The notes: generated by a model not told the origin, from the letters alone. A stretch of 64,000 nucleotides of DNA from Octopus vulgaris (GCA_951406725.2 OX597825.1:63984001-64048000); one strand, 5' to 3'. Shown: positions 13,171 to 26,640, counted from the stretch's first letter. Translations and numbers: made by a program.

Positions 13171-13290
13171 GGATATATGCATATAAATATATATATAAAT
13201 CTATACATACATTTATGTGTGTATATGTATTTATGTATATATATATACAGAGTGAGAGGGAGGGAGAGAGAAATAGAGATGTTTGTGTAC

Positions 13291-13327
<37 letters not shown>

Positions 13328-14301
13328 TTGTATATAGTGGTTAAATATATAAGCTTCGTTATAATTACCGATAAGATTCTGTTTCCGAACACAAATAATT
13401 CGTAGCATTCATGTGGCCCCTGATGCACAGATACGCTTAATACATGCACCCCATGTTAAATCAAGTGTTCTATTGATGAACCGTCTGTAGATCTGTAACA
13501 CTTCCTAATATCATACGCGAATTACGGTATAGAGTACAAGTAAAAAAGACAATATTGGAACGGTGAAACGTAATAGAGGGAAGTGCGTATTGGAAACCTT
13601 ATGCCCGAAATATATGTTCATGGGAGAATATAAACAAATAGAAATGGATTAAATGTTATGCTAACACACAGAAATATGAACATAGTGTATGCTTTACTTT
13701 GCACTCTGGTTTGAAATTCGCGTTTCCTTGTAGCATGATACACAGCACCGGTGAACGTCTGAATTCGATTTTTTTGCTTCTCTTTCATCTATCATATATC
13801 TCTGTCGTACGTACTTGAAAGAAAGCCAGTTTTATACAGACCTAACGAAGATAAGATTCTGCTAGATTTAAAAAGTTTTTTTTCATTCATTAATTTATTC
13901 TTTAATATGTCTGATTCATTCTTAATTATAATATGATCCTTAGATACAGTACAAAGTTATAGACAACCAGCCCGTTCTATTCTTTCATTTGTTTGTTTTT
14001 TCTTTCATCTATTAATTTTCTAAATTTCCGTTTATTAATGTATCTATTGTTTTACTTTTCTCTGTGAATTGTTAGAAATGCCATCCACCTGGTAGTACAA
14101 TATCGTTCTTAATGAAATTGCATGAGGATCTAACGAAGAAATTCTATCAAGGATCACCTGAGGACGTGCAATTCAAACGTTTGATGTAATATGGTGATTG
14201 CACAACAACTTACCTTCATACTACTCATACGAGAATGCACTGAAGCAATTACATTGTTTTAAATTAAAATTGTCGTGACTTCCATTTTCTGTTATTTTCC
14301 C

Positions 14302-14379
<78 letters not shown>

Positions 14380-14410
14380 GCTTATGTGTGTAGTCGTAAC
14401 TTCATATACT

Positions 14411-14444
<34 letters not shown>

Positions 14445-15162
14445 CATGCATAAATTTATAAATGTACTTAGATTACATACATATGTAAGTATTCTTACCA
14501 TAATAGTTCACGTGCGTATGCATATGTAACGCACTTCCATTACACTTAAATGTAGGTGTGTATATGCATGTATTAATATACGTCTTATGGTGCGCGGCAG
14601 TATGTATGTGTGTGTGTATGAGGCGTGGGCGTTCGTGTGTTTCTGTGTTTGTATGTAGCAGTTTCAAAATGGAATTGCTCTACAATCTAATTTGACTAAT
14701 AAGTTATTTAGGTTTTCACATGTGTTGCCTAAGGTTTACTACCATGACAGAAACTGATGGTATTGGCACGTTTACACCAGGAAGTTGGCGCGGTGCGTTA
14801 TCTTCCCTTGTTTCCGACTGTTTTTTTATTTTTTTGTTATTGTTTTCTTCGTTGTTTGCTAAACCACGTAATGTTTACTTTCTAAATCTGTAATGCAGAA
14901 GTAAAGGTTTTTTTTTTGTACTATAATTGATTTAAGATGGCAAACTGCAGGCAACGAAGAAAACATACACCCACGCGCGTTTCTAACACGCATGGATGTA
15001 CAGACGTATATATTTACATATATGCAGTTTGTTATATATACACTAATATATGCGCGTGTTCATAAGTTTATTTATATGCATTCATATATGTATACATCTA
15101 TAAATATTCATGTATATTCATATGCTTTCCTACACACATACGTTAGGTGTATTCCCTATTCT

Positions 15163-15367
15163 TAATTCTTTTGCTTGTTTCAGTCATGTGAATACAGTCA
15201 TGTTAGAGCACCGCATTTAGTCGAACAAATCAACAGCCAGAAATTATTCTTTGTAAGCCTAGTACTTATTCTATCGGTTACTTTTGCCGAAGCGCTAATT
15301 TACGGAGAGGTAAACACACCAACATCGGTTGCCAAACGATGGTGGGGGGACAAACACAGACACACAC

Positions 15368-15370
<3 letters not shown>
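15163..15370 (-). mobile_element. SINE family A, 3' half
   Basis: Reverse complement of the family A 3' half (gtaagcctagtacttattctatcggt...acaccaacatcggttgccaa). Confidence 0.85.
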
Positions 15371-15408
<38 letters not shown>

Positions 15409-15486
15409 GGTCCCGGGTTGATTCGGGGTTAACCACAGTAAATAAGGTACTCAATACATAGCAGAGTAAAATTAATTTATTATATA

Positions 15487-15547
15487 GAAGGAGCTTCTAC
15501 AGGACTAGAACTGTTTCATTCAAGAGAAATCTTCAGGAAGCTCCTTC
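15487..15547 (-). ncRNA. Type I hammerhead ribozyme (mirror copy)
   Basis: Exact reverse complement of the + copy. Stem I extends to 11 bp (GAAGGAGCTTC/GAAGCTCCTTC). Predicted cleavage after position 15498. Confidence 0.8.
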
Positions 15548-15604
15548 AGGAGCTTCCTGAAGATTTCTCTTGAATGAAACAGTTCTAGTCCTGTAGAAGC
15601 TCCT
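15548..15604 (+). ncRNA. Type I hammerhead ribozyme
   Basis: Stem I AGGAGCTTC/GAAGCTCCT (9 bp), core CTGAAGA (15557-63), stem II TTC-TCTT-GAA, GAAA (15576-79), stem III ACAG/CTGT with loop TTCTAGTC, cleavage triplet GUA (after 15595). Confidence 0.8.
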
Positions 15605-15612
15605 TCTATATA

Positions 15613-15659
<47 letters not shown>

Positions 15660-15663
15660 TAGG

Positions 15664-15716
<53 letters not shown>

Positions 15717-15846
15717 GCATGAATGCATGTATGTAAGTATGCATGTGAGTGCTTCTATCTGTGTATGTCTTAGTTTGTGTCAGTGTATGTTTCAGTGTGT
15801 GTGCATTTATGTGTTTGTCTGCAACAGATTCTCAATGGACTTAACC

Positions 15847-15933
<87 letters not shown>

Positions 15934-16009
15934 GTATATATATATATATATATATTTATGTATATTATATATATATGTGTGTTTATGTATTTATATGTAT
16001 CAGTGTGTT

Positions 16010-16068
<59 letters not shown>

Positions 16069-16984
16069 ATATCTATGTATGTATTTATGTATGTATATGT
16101 GTATGTATGCACGCATGAATTTATTAATATTCAATGTTTACGCATATGAGTAAAAGAAAATTATCATAATTAAGCTTTTTCCTTGTGCGTTTCATTTTAT
16201 TTTCGTCACTGGCATGAGCATTATAGAATACATTACGCTATGACGGTTATAGTGTTAAGCATTTTGCAGCATTTATGGTTAGTAAAAGATAAGAATATTT
16301 TGCAGTTTAGTGTCTAAGTTGGCTATTAAGAAGGATTAGCTTTATCGGAATAATGGTGTTTAAAAATGAAAGCACGTACACAATTTGGCACCATAATTCA
16401 AGAATTATGAGACGAATGGGTGTACTATAAATAGAAGATGGATTCTTTGTTACTCGGTATATAAGCAAAAGGAAGTTGAAACGACTATATATGGTGGATT
16501 AAAATGGTGATTGTCTACACGTTCATTGATGTGAGGGGACGCGATTGTGTGGAGGTTTTATGAAGTGATAACGAGGATTTTACGATTATTTAGTAGTATG
16601 CTACAGCAGATATAACCGGCTTTGTTTCGTTGTAGTAATCATAACACATATAAAAGTGCATCGCGCAACACTGAATGTTTGCCAGCGGTATGCGTACACT
16701 TAAACTACGAACCTGGAGGTAGAGAAATAGAAATAAACACGCTAGGACATACATTGAGAGATGGCAGGTAAAATCGGTTAACATGGTATGCGTGAAGGAA
16801 ATTACTCTATATATCCACCTGTATATTATAGTGCAGATTGGGTAAACGTGCTTGCCTGCTACAGGGACATGTTTAGCAAATTTTTAGGCGTTACTTACCT
16901 TTTCATTTGTAATTAACCATATTTGACTCTCTCCTTTTGGCGATGCACAATTATCATTCACGTACACAAAAACACAGGTACATA

Positions 16985-17280
16985 TCTTTATATATAAAAG
17001 TGAAGTTGTGTGTCTGTCTCCTACGATTTAGATTCCTAACTACTCCCACATTTTGCGGTGAAGTGTAACCAAAACCGGGTATCTTATAGTCGTGATTCAT
17101 ATCGAGCCCTTCTGGGTATTAGAGCGCGTCTACAATGAGTCTACAATTTTAAAAATAATTTACCATCATTTTTTTCCATTTTAATGCATTTTTCGCTATT
17201 ATATAAGGGACGTAACTCTCTAAAAATACTTTAGAGTTATTTCTCTTACAAACCCGAGCAACACCAGGCGATACTGTTAG
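16985..17280 (+). mobile_element. Non-autonomous Helitron
   Basis: 5' TC(tttatatataaaag), subterminal hairpin cccgagcaacaccaggcg, 3' TTAG (CTAG variant), inserted between A and T. Closely similar to 35101-35494. Confidence 0.85.
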
Positions 17281-17515
17281 TTATATTATACATAAATTAA
17301 TTTGCACATCCAATGTAACTTGGTTGTGCTGTTTAAGTGCCACAAAGTACAGAAACCGTTCGGAAATCATCTCATACAGAATAATATTACTAAAATACAC
17401 AGATCAGCAGGCAAATTTCGTCAGTACTGTTATAACAATTACTGCATCGGATGATTTCAGCGTATTTTCGCGTCATCAGCGATTTATGTGCATATATAAG
17501 TATAAATGTACATAT

Positions 17516-17663
17516 ATAAGTAGCTTGCTTTCCAACCACATTGTTCCAGGTTCAGTCTCACTGCGTGGCACCTTGGGCAAGGGTCTTCTACTATAGCCTC
17601 GAGCCGACCAAAGCCATGTGAGTGGATTTGGTAGACGGAAACTGAAAGAGGCCCGTCGTATAA

Positions 17664-17741
<78 letters not shown>

Positions 17742-17980
17742 GTGTGTGTGTTTATAAGTTTGGGTGTCTGTGTTTGTCCCCCCCCAACATCGCTTGACAA
17801 CCGATGCTGATGTGATTACGTCCCTGTAACTTAGCGGTTCGGCAAAAGATACCGATAGAATAAGTACTAGGCTTACAAAGAATAAGTCTTGGGGTCGATT
17901 TGCTCGACTAAAGGTGGTGCTCCAGCATGGCCACAGTCAAATGACTGAAACAAGTAAAAGAGTAAAAGAGTAAAGAGTAA
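17516..17980 (+). mobile_element. SINE family A, near full length
   Basis: tRNA-like head with ggttcagtc B box, CORE-like caccttgggcaag.gtctt, internal (TA)n/(TG)n, 3' tail ccagcatggccacagtcaaatgactgaaac and (gtaaaaga)n. Confidence 0.9.
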
Positions 17981-18669
17981 TATTAGTATGTATATCCAGG
18001 CATGCATAGATAAAGATATGCATATACGTATATGTGTAAATATATGATGATCGCATGGGCAGAGACGGAATTCGCAGGATCCTTGACAAAAGCCAGTGCA
18101 TATCTACTAGCGACAAATGTTTCCCTACTTGATTTGATGTCCATTAAATGCAATAGCATCTTATACGTATTTCAGAAATATCTCACAGGAGAAATATGTA
18201 CCGTTTAGATTAGAAATGGCGAAGGACTTCCTATTCGTGAATTATGAACGTTAGTCCTAATCACTCAAGAATGAAAGGAAAAACATTAGAAAGCAGAAAC
18301 CTCCTTAATCCTTAGATGAACACTCACACCCAATAACAGAATCCTGGCAGCTATTGTTATTATTTTACCCTAAGGAAAATGCAGTTTGCTGTTGTTTTAG
18401 ATCGTTGTATAGATGTGTGAATATATGTAAATATACTACAAAGTGTTCATATGAATGTATGATATATAATATATTATATAATTATGTTAGTGTTATTTAA
18501 TATCTGAACGGTTTTGCTGCCGTTTGTTCATGTAATTTGATTTCTTTATCCACCAGTTTCTTCTCAAAGAGAGACCCGAGTAAAATTAATAATAGAGAAA
18601 CGAAACGAAACTTTGGGATAATTGAGAAAGATTTGAAAGATAACGTAAGATCATAATCGTGTAAAGTAA

Positions 18670-18857
18670 AGTAAATATAACAAATAATCCAGAATCCTTG
18701 TCTGGTACCGGATCAATCCCAGTATCTAATCCGATCGGGCCAGTCATGAGGCCAAACATCCCTGAAAGTTTCATTCGTATCTGTCCAGCAGTTCTTGAGA
18801 TAAACAAACACGACTGAAAACAATGCCTCCGCCTTGATGAAAGTGGAGGTAATAATA
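18670..18857 (-). mobile_element. Helentron-associated (HINE/DINE-like) element end
   Basis: Minus strand reads TTATTACCTCCACTTTCATCAAGGCGGAGGCATTGTTTTC (terminal palindrome) followed by gaactgctggacagatacgaatgaaactttcaggga, a layout I recall for HINE-type repeats. Confidence 0.55.
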
Positions 18858-18974
18858 AACATTATTGTTATTATTATTATTGTTGTTTTTGTTGTTGTTG
18901 ACATTTTCATATACACACAGCAGATGACACTGTTGGAAAAGAAAAAAAAACTACAATCGGGTTTCAACAAGTAA

Positions 18975-19347
18975 CCTCAGTAACACTTTTCTGGAGTTAT
19001 ACTAAACTGGGTTTCATGCCTATTCCCTCTATCCATCTGTGCATATATTTAGGTAAAGTTCTCAATGCACCTATAACTACTGAGGTACATCTATCTATAC
19101 ACTCCCTAGTCTCCGTAATTCAGTGTCTAAGTCCTGGAACTTTGCTGTTTTTTCTATACCTGCCATATTGATTTTGTCATCATTTGGGAGTGTAAAGTCA
19201 GTTACCTGGCACTTTCTGTTCTCGTTACCTACTACTACTAGATCAGACCTCCTAGCTTCTATTACTCTGTCAGTCTGTATGTGAAAGTCCCAAAACATCT
19301 TGTATGTGTTTTTATTTCTAGTACGTTAATGGGTTCATCTTTATGCC

Positions 19348-19348
<1 letters not shown>
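18975..19348 (-). mobile_element. R4/Dong-like non-LTR retrotransposon fragment (RLE domain), decayed
   Basis: MFWDFHIQTDRVIEARRSDLVVV...CQVTDFTLPND...EKTAKFQDL..ELRRL...VVIGAL matches the WDF.IQTD...RPD.VV...D..P RLE signature. Abuts (TAA)n. Confidence 0.85.
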
Positions 19349-19440
<92 letters not shown>

Positions 19441-19444
<4 letters not shown>

Positions 19445-19697
19445 TAGTTTTATTTTTATAGCGTGCTTTCACTTCACTACCGAGCGTAGATCTGTGTGCC
19501 TTGGGTATGTGCTGTGATTTGTTGTGATGCTCTGATGGTTATTGTATGGAAAGCGTTCTGCGTAGGATGTGTGCCGTGCCTAGTAGTGCAATTTTCTGTA
19601 TGTTATATGTGTTTGTAAGTCCTGGTGTTTTTGTTATGTATTTGTCTGAATATTTTTTTATCATGCCTAATGCACCTACTATGATAGGAAGTGTTTG
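19441..19697 (-). mobile_element. R4/Dong-like element 3' end (ORF C-terminus plus 3' UTR) embedded in (TAA)n
   Basis: TLPIIVGALGMIKK...IQKIALLGTAHILRRTLSIQ* then a ~100-nt UTR running into (TAA)n. (TAA)n also lies upstream. Confidence 0.85.
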
Positions 19698-19707
19698 ATT
19701 ATTATTC

Positions 19708-19782
<75 letters not shown>

Positions 19783-20509
19783 CTCATACAAATATTTAAA
19801 ATTTGTGTTTTTATAATGTATTTTTCCTTTGAAAGAAAAATCTGCTTTCAAAAGATTCGACATACTTTCTTCATTCAGAGCCTGAAATATTGGCATACAT
19901 TTTTGGAAAAAAAAAACTTATTTATTTATACATTTAATTATTTATATATTTTCAATAGTTATATATTTACACAATTCTATGTTATTTTATCGTTATTTTC
20001 CATACGTTTTGCCCAATTAAATGTATTTCCAACGTGCATTATTCTGATTGAATCGTCAATCGTCGTTTCTGGGCCATTCCGAATAAATTATCGATTCCAC
20101 AAATTCTATTTAGCGAAAATCTTGTTGTTCATGTTGTTGGTGATTGAATTCAAAACAGAGAAAGATTTAGCATCATTAGTTATGCAGAAAGTTGATGTTT
20201 TGCAGTAGGCAAATGTTTTCCTTTCTCTCTTTATGGCAGTTCTAACTCGTCAAACGAAAATAACGAAATGGCTGGTTGCAGCTGCGTTTGGTATTAATGA
20301 AACAGAAAGATTATTCTGAAAATAACTTCTTTTAAGCTTGATGTTTCAACTACTAAACTAAGCTGACATAGAAAAAAAAAAACAAACGTGAAGAAGGTGG
20401 AGTGGTGGTTTCTGATTGTTGATTGTTGTTGTTTGACTTATAAAATAATAAAACGAAATGACGGCAAAAGTATTGGCTGTTTTTTTTATTTTTCAAATCT
20501 GATGCATGT

Positions 20510-20576
20510 TGTTGACGACGATGATGATGATGATTACGCCGACGACGACGATGACGATGGTGATGATGATGATGAC

Positions 20577-20608
<32 letters not shown>

Positions 20609-20953
20609 CGCTGACGACGACGACGATAATGATGACGACGCTGACGACGACGACGACGATGAGGATGACGACGACGACGATGATGATGATGATGATGATA
20701 ATGGATTTGATGATGATGATGAGGAGGAGGAGGATGACTACGCTGACAACGACGATGACGATGATGATGACGACGATGATGATGATGATGATGACGCTTA
20801 CGACGACGACGATGATAACGACGACGACGACGATGACGATGATGATGCTGATGATGATGATGCTGTGCTGGTACCGGTGCTGGTGCCGGTGCTGGTGCTG
20901 CTGGTGGCGGAGGCGGAGAGGGATGCTGGATGTGATGCCGTTGATGATGATGA
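20510..20953. repeat. Degenerate (GAT/GAC)n trinucleotide tract
   Basis: Direct inspection. It produces spurious poly-Asp and poly-Met/Thr ORFs. Confidence 0.95.
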
Positions 20954-22152
20954 TAGTTCGGTCATTCTCGAAACAGAGTGATGTTTTTAGTCAGTGTCAT
21001 TAGAGGCTACACGCACAATATTTGACAAATCTAACAGCAACTCACTAATAAATATCTATACATTATTCGCAGTAGCATATAATGGTGAGTACTGTTAGAA
21101 ATAAAGGGAAGACATATGGAAAAATAATAGTGCCAATTGAAGTTTTGATCTTCCTATGAGAATGTAGTCTTAAGAATGGTGTAAATGTTGATTATAAATC
21201 GTCACACAATCTGCGAAAATGTGTTCCTCTCTTAGACTTGCGGATAGCCTGAGTGGGTATACTTCATTCATTTCTCTGCCATTAAGAAGAAATGATAGGA
21301 TTACAGTGTAGTTATAGATTACTTTAAGCATATGGAAAATGAACAGTATTAATACCGTCAATCATGCACTTTTAATCATTCACCTCTTGTATCAGATTTG
21401 ATCTCGGACTCAGCAAAAATTACAACTATCACTTTTTGTTTGTGATGGTTAGGTTTATTTTTCTTCATATTTGTCCACAGCCATGTCTTCGAAACTCTTT
21501 AATGTTTAAACTGCAATACGGAGACATAAATTTAAGTTGCATCGCAGTTCCACTCTCTTTAGTTTGTGCTTCCTTCTATAATGGAATCTTGTGAAATCCA
21601 AAATGTGATTGATTTACCATTAGCTATATTTCATGTATGACTTTGATTTTTGATGATAATGTAAAGTCACTACATCGTTGTTTTTCACAGAACATAGAAA
21701 AATATTCTGCAATACGGTTTAATTATTTTTTTTTTTCTGAAGTACCTTCCGTCGATCCATTCTGTGTTTCATATTTTATCCAGACGATTCTAGAGACTGA
21801 AATTCCATTATCATCATTAAAATATTCATTCACATGCTAAAAATTCTTTTAACTATAAAATCATGCAAGTAATTCCTTTCTCTCAACCCTGCAGTATTTG
21901 TTTTCTTTTATATCAGTTTTAGGATCGTTGCATATTTCTCCGGCTTTTGTCTTGTTTAGAGTTGGTGTTGTCGCTGACATTTCTTTATTGATGTTTCACA
22001 AAGTCAGATTCTTATTTGTTTAAATCTATTTCGTTATCAGTGTTGTTAATGTTAATAGCATCGTTAGCTAAAAAATTGTTTGTATGAGAATTCTCACTAG
22101 ACCTGCTATGTTTCTTAGGTAAATGATCTACAGGCGACATTATGTTTAATTT

Positions 22153-22670
22153 GAGGTGTGTTCAAAACGTATCTGACTTTATTTTTGACACAAGATAACC
22201 GAACGCATCCAGCGGCGAACATAAACCTATGCCTCATCACCATTGATTATGGTCTTCTTGAAGTCTGAGTCGTGGTTTGCTTAGTCCAGCATATCTCGAG
22301 CGATTTTCAAGCGCAGTTACTTCTGCAGCTCACTCAATGCCTTGAGTATAAATTTCACCGACGCTCTCCGTGTGCACAAATGTTCCGTCAAACACGAATG
22401 CACTGATACTGTGCTCCTTTCCACTTCATGAGCAATTTCCCGGATTGCAACACGATTACCTTCCACATCTATTAACCGAACATTCTGAACCGGCTCCTCG
22501 CTAATTCATGTGGATGTCGGTCATGAGCGTGCCTCATGCTCTACTAAGATGCGATCATGTTTGAAGCGTTTGTACTATTCTTTGCTTAAGTTGCCCATGG
22601 CATCCTTGCCAAACACCTGTTCAATCTTTTGGACGGTTTAAGCTTGAGTATCACCAAGCTTTTGAGCGAG
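22153..22670 (-). mobile_element. Decayed mariner transposase (HTH region to first catalytic Asp) with one TIR-like end
   Basis: Minus-strand translation QKLGDTQA...VFGKDAMG...YKRFKHDR...RVAIREIAHEV...DFKKTIINGDEA*VY (TGDExWV motif). TIR-like tgaggtgtgttcaaaacgtatctgact at 22153. Confidence 0.8.
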
Positions 22671-23254
22671 GCGTGGCTCGAGAAGTTACAAACAACAACA
22701 AAACATATTATTCTCTAATATTAAAAAATGAAAATATAATGCAATATCAATCTTATTATAAACAACAACAATAGTAACAACAACAACGTTGAATATATAA
22801 CAAAAACAGAAAATAATAAGCAGGATAGTTTTGCTTGTTTTAAGGGTGTGTGCTATTGGCGACCGCAAAAACAATAACGCAACCATTAATAATTATAATA
22901 ATAAAATTAATGATGTATTTGATGTTAAGAGGATAGGTTATGGAGAAGAGTATAATTTTAAAATAATTTCCAGAAAAAAAATGAATAAATATTTTTGTTA
23001 AGACGTAGATGAATATAGCCTTAAAGCAAATGAATGATGTAATAAATATCTAATAAGAAATGCAATGATGCGATAATGTAGTTAATTTAGGGTAAAAGAG
23101 AAAGGATATTGGATTGGCTTTTCGGCTTACGCTTTTTGTGTTTCAATTTTTATGGCTTTATTAGCGGCAGGGAATTTAATATTCAATAAATGTCAACAAA
23201 CTTCTGATTGATTGGAAGCTGGCTTCTTTCCAGTAGACACAGACACGCATACAT

Positions 23255-23375
<121 letters not shown>

Positions 23376-23582
23376 CAGAATAAAAAAATACAAGTATATA
23401 TACATATATATGTGTGTGTGTGTGTGTGTTGTGTGTGTTTGTTGATATGTGTTTGTGCATGAATGATTAACATAGATAGAAAGATAGATAGATAGATAGA
23501 TAGATAGGTGGATAGATAGATATATAGATAGATATATATATATAGATAGACAGAGAGATAGATAGGTAGATATATAGATAGG

Positions 23583-23716
<134 letters not shown>

Positions 23717-24385
23717 TATTATCGTTACTGCTATTGTTAATATTATTAATAATATTAGTAATACTGCCACTCATAAATATTTCTTATAAAATTTTGACTT
23801 AATTATGTTGCCGTATCTTTTAGCCTTTACTATTTTGTTTATGAAAAATATTTTTTTTATAATTTATTAAATACAATTTCGGCTTTTGAAGTTAGATTTG
23901 GATTTAATGATATAATACATAAAAGCGCTTTAATATAAATATTTGAAATATAATTTATGTTCAATACAAACTATATTATAATCTCAGAGAAAACAGAATC
24001 CAAGGAGACTGCTCCTTGTCTCTATCGGCAATAAATGCATATTTGAAAAAGAAAAAGAAAAATATTGAAACAATGGAGTGAAATTGCTTTGTGAAGCAGT
24101 GTATTGGGTGTTTAAGAGAGAGTCCTTGTCCTTCTTCAGACTTAAGATGACAAAAAGGACGGAAAAGCATGAAGCGATGTTTTACATCCTCCATGCGAGC
24201 GACTTCACAGTGGTTGTCAGATTATATGTGTTTAATTCATATTCTATCGCCTCTTGTTCAAGAAGGACTCTTCTCGGAACGTTAAATACTTCAGTTGCCG
24301 CCACAAGTACTTTATATTAATTACTTATTGGAACACCGCAATTCGTTATTCAACTTTAATATACTTTGTGTGTATGTAGGTGTAT

Positions 24386-25122
24386 CTGGAGGATTTTGTC
24401 CTGCTGGTCAAGAAAGAGAGTGAGAAATTTGGGCTGTACCTCAATGTTAAGAAAACGAAGATCATGTCAACAGTAGCCACAACAAACATCAGCATCAAGA
24501 TCGATAATGAAGAGATCGAAGTGGTTGATGATTTCATCTTCCTTGGCTCCAAAATAAATCGAAATGGAGACTGCACTCCAGAAATAAGACGGCAGATAGT
24601 ACTAGGCAGAGAGGCAATGGTCAGCATGAGCAGGGTCTGGAAGAGTAGAGACATCAGACTCGCTACCAAATGCAGATTGGTGAATGCAATTGTCTTCCCA
24701 ATAGCAACATATGGATGCGAGACCTGGACACTAAAGAAAGCTGACCAGAAGAGAATTAATGCATTCGAGCTTTGGTGTTGGAGAAAACTTTTACGGATTC
24801 CATGGACAGCGAGGCTCACCAATGGAGAAGTTCTTAAGCAGATCAGACCGAAAATGTCGCTAGAAGCTAGGATCACCAAGCATAGATTGGCATATTTCGG
24901 TCATATTATGCGGAGAAAATCCCTGGAGAAGGACATCATGCTCGGAATGGTCAGTGGCAAGAGAGGAAGAGGCCGACCAAGAACCCGCTGGCTTGACACC
25001 ATCTAGAGGGATACCGGAATGGACATAGCCAATCTGAAAAAAGCGGCCCAGGATAGAACTGACTGGAGGACACTGATCCAACGAGTGACAAAGAGTCGAC
25101 TTCGACTGAGCGGATAAATAGA
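24386..25122 (+). mobile_element. 5'-truncated RTE-clade (BovB-like) LINE, RT C-terminus, with 9-bp TSD
   Basis: ORF with GLYLNVKKTKIM, FIFLGSKI, YGCETWT, AFELWCWRKLLRIPW, YFGHIMRR and GKRGRGRPRTRWLD. A single TAG at 25004-25006, then the frame continues ...QDRTDWR...KSRLRLSG*. TSD TAGGTGTAT at 24377-24385 and 25123-25131. Confidence 0.95.
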
Positions 25123-25379
25123 TAGGTGTATGTTTATAGTTAGACATGAAGCATACTTACCGGCATGCCTGGGTGTATGCGCAAATGTGCAAATATATTT
25201 CTCAAAGGTAGCGAGATATCTATACTTGTTCTAGTATTGGGTAAACGTTGACAACAGTACCGTTTGCTTGACGTCCTTTCTTTATTCTAACTTTCTTACT
25301 TGTCTTCATGAATAATAATTTCCATCCTTGAATCTCCAGCTTGAGCCATAAAGTAATTAGGAAAACGATGTGAGAAATT

Positions 25380-25810
25380 TGATTGGATCCGTGCTTTGAG
25401 GCTGGATCTTCCTCAAACAATCTCATACTTTTCACTGTTGTGATCAGTATTTGGTCGCTTTCTAACAAGTGTCAGAAAATGTAGAACCCATCGAGCAGAA
25501 CTTTCGTCATTATAATATCATTGTGCAGAACATTCTCAAATCCCAGGGCAAGCTACTATCATTGGCTGTGTGATTTATAGTCAATCGCCTGTCATCTATC
25601 ACCAAGTTCTGAATACAATCAATGTTTTCCTCGGTGATGTCAGTTGCACGACGCCAAAGACTTGGGTCATTTTCCTAAATTCAATTGCCTGCTTTTGCAC
25701 TGTTGATACAGCTGGAGCGCCATCCCCTGCTGATGTAAGTACCCTATGACAATGAATGTCATTTTCGGCAAATATTTGATAACATCATGATGACAAATTC
25801 TGTCCATTTT
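25380..25810 (-). mobile_element. Decayed mariner transposase N-terminal fragment
   Basis: MDRICHHDVIKY...GDGAPAVSTVQKQAIEFR...DDRRLTI...LFEEDPA in mixed frames. Confidence 0.7.
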
Positions 25811-26445
25811 CGAGGGAAGCCGCAGTTAGTTACGAATGAGTTTTTCTTTGAACAGCCAGATACTAGTTTACCTGAAACAACCGTAATATCGGTTTTAAAT
25901 ATTTTTATAATCCCTGAGTACGTCAATGCATAGGTTTGTATGTGTATCTAATGTTTTCTTTAAAAAATGAAGCGTTTTTATGTACATTCTTCAAAAATAA
26001 ATATTAACAATTTGCATTAATTATAAATGGTATTGCAGATAAAGACAAAAATGCAGATGAATGTCAAAAATATATATCCATTAAAAAATTGGGGACGTAA
26101 AAAAAGGTATACGAAAATTACTGAAAATGTTTTTTCCATCGTTTTCCTTATTCCAACTCGCTGTTATAGGTATATATTTTCTTTACGTACTCTTTCACAT
26201 TCTTATATGTTTACTGTTCCATCATATTATTATCGTATGATATGTCTGTCCTATACTTTTCAGCTTGTATGAAGTATTACACAAAATATCCAGGTATGGG
26301 AGAGAAATACAAGAGGTTATATGTAGGATGATATGTTTTGATGTACACGAAATTGATATAAATTCAGTGATTAGTAACAGAAAATTGCATCTGTCGTATA
26401 CCACATTGAATGATTGTTTTGTGTAAATATTTCCATTTCAAATTA

Positions 26446-26640
26446 AAGCGACGAGATGGCAGAACAGTTAGCACACCGGATAAAATGATTAGCGTCATTT
26501 CGTCCGTCTTCACATTCTGAGTTCAAATCACATCGAGGTTGATTTTGCCTTTCATCTTTTCGTGTTCGATAAAGTAAGTACCAGATTAGAATTATGGTTG
26601 ATGGAATTGACTGTTATTCTCCCCTAAAATTTCAAACTTA
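26446..26640 (+). mobile_element. SINE family B (diverged)
   Basis: gcgacgagatggcagaa...tctgagttcaaat...ttttgcctttcatc...cgataaagtaagtaccag. Confidence 0.8.

Larger units (their letters stand above)
15405..15618. mobile_element. Penelope-like-element-type terminal fragment in inverted configuration, inserted in (TA)n
   Basis: Perfect 71-bp inverted arms (15475-15545 / 15548-15618, 2-nt spacer). Each arm carries a hammerhead followed by AATAAA. (TA)n on both sides. Confidence 0.7.

Noticed and set aside
20388-20981. 197-aa poly-Asp ORF (possible acidic biomineralisation-type protein)
   Set aside because: Fully explained by a (GAY)n microsatellite, with a GTG start and no convincing signal peptide or exon context.
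21400-21990. Possible LINE ORF1/gag relic on the minus strand
   Set aside because: No intact CCHC knuckle and many stops.
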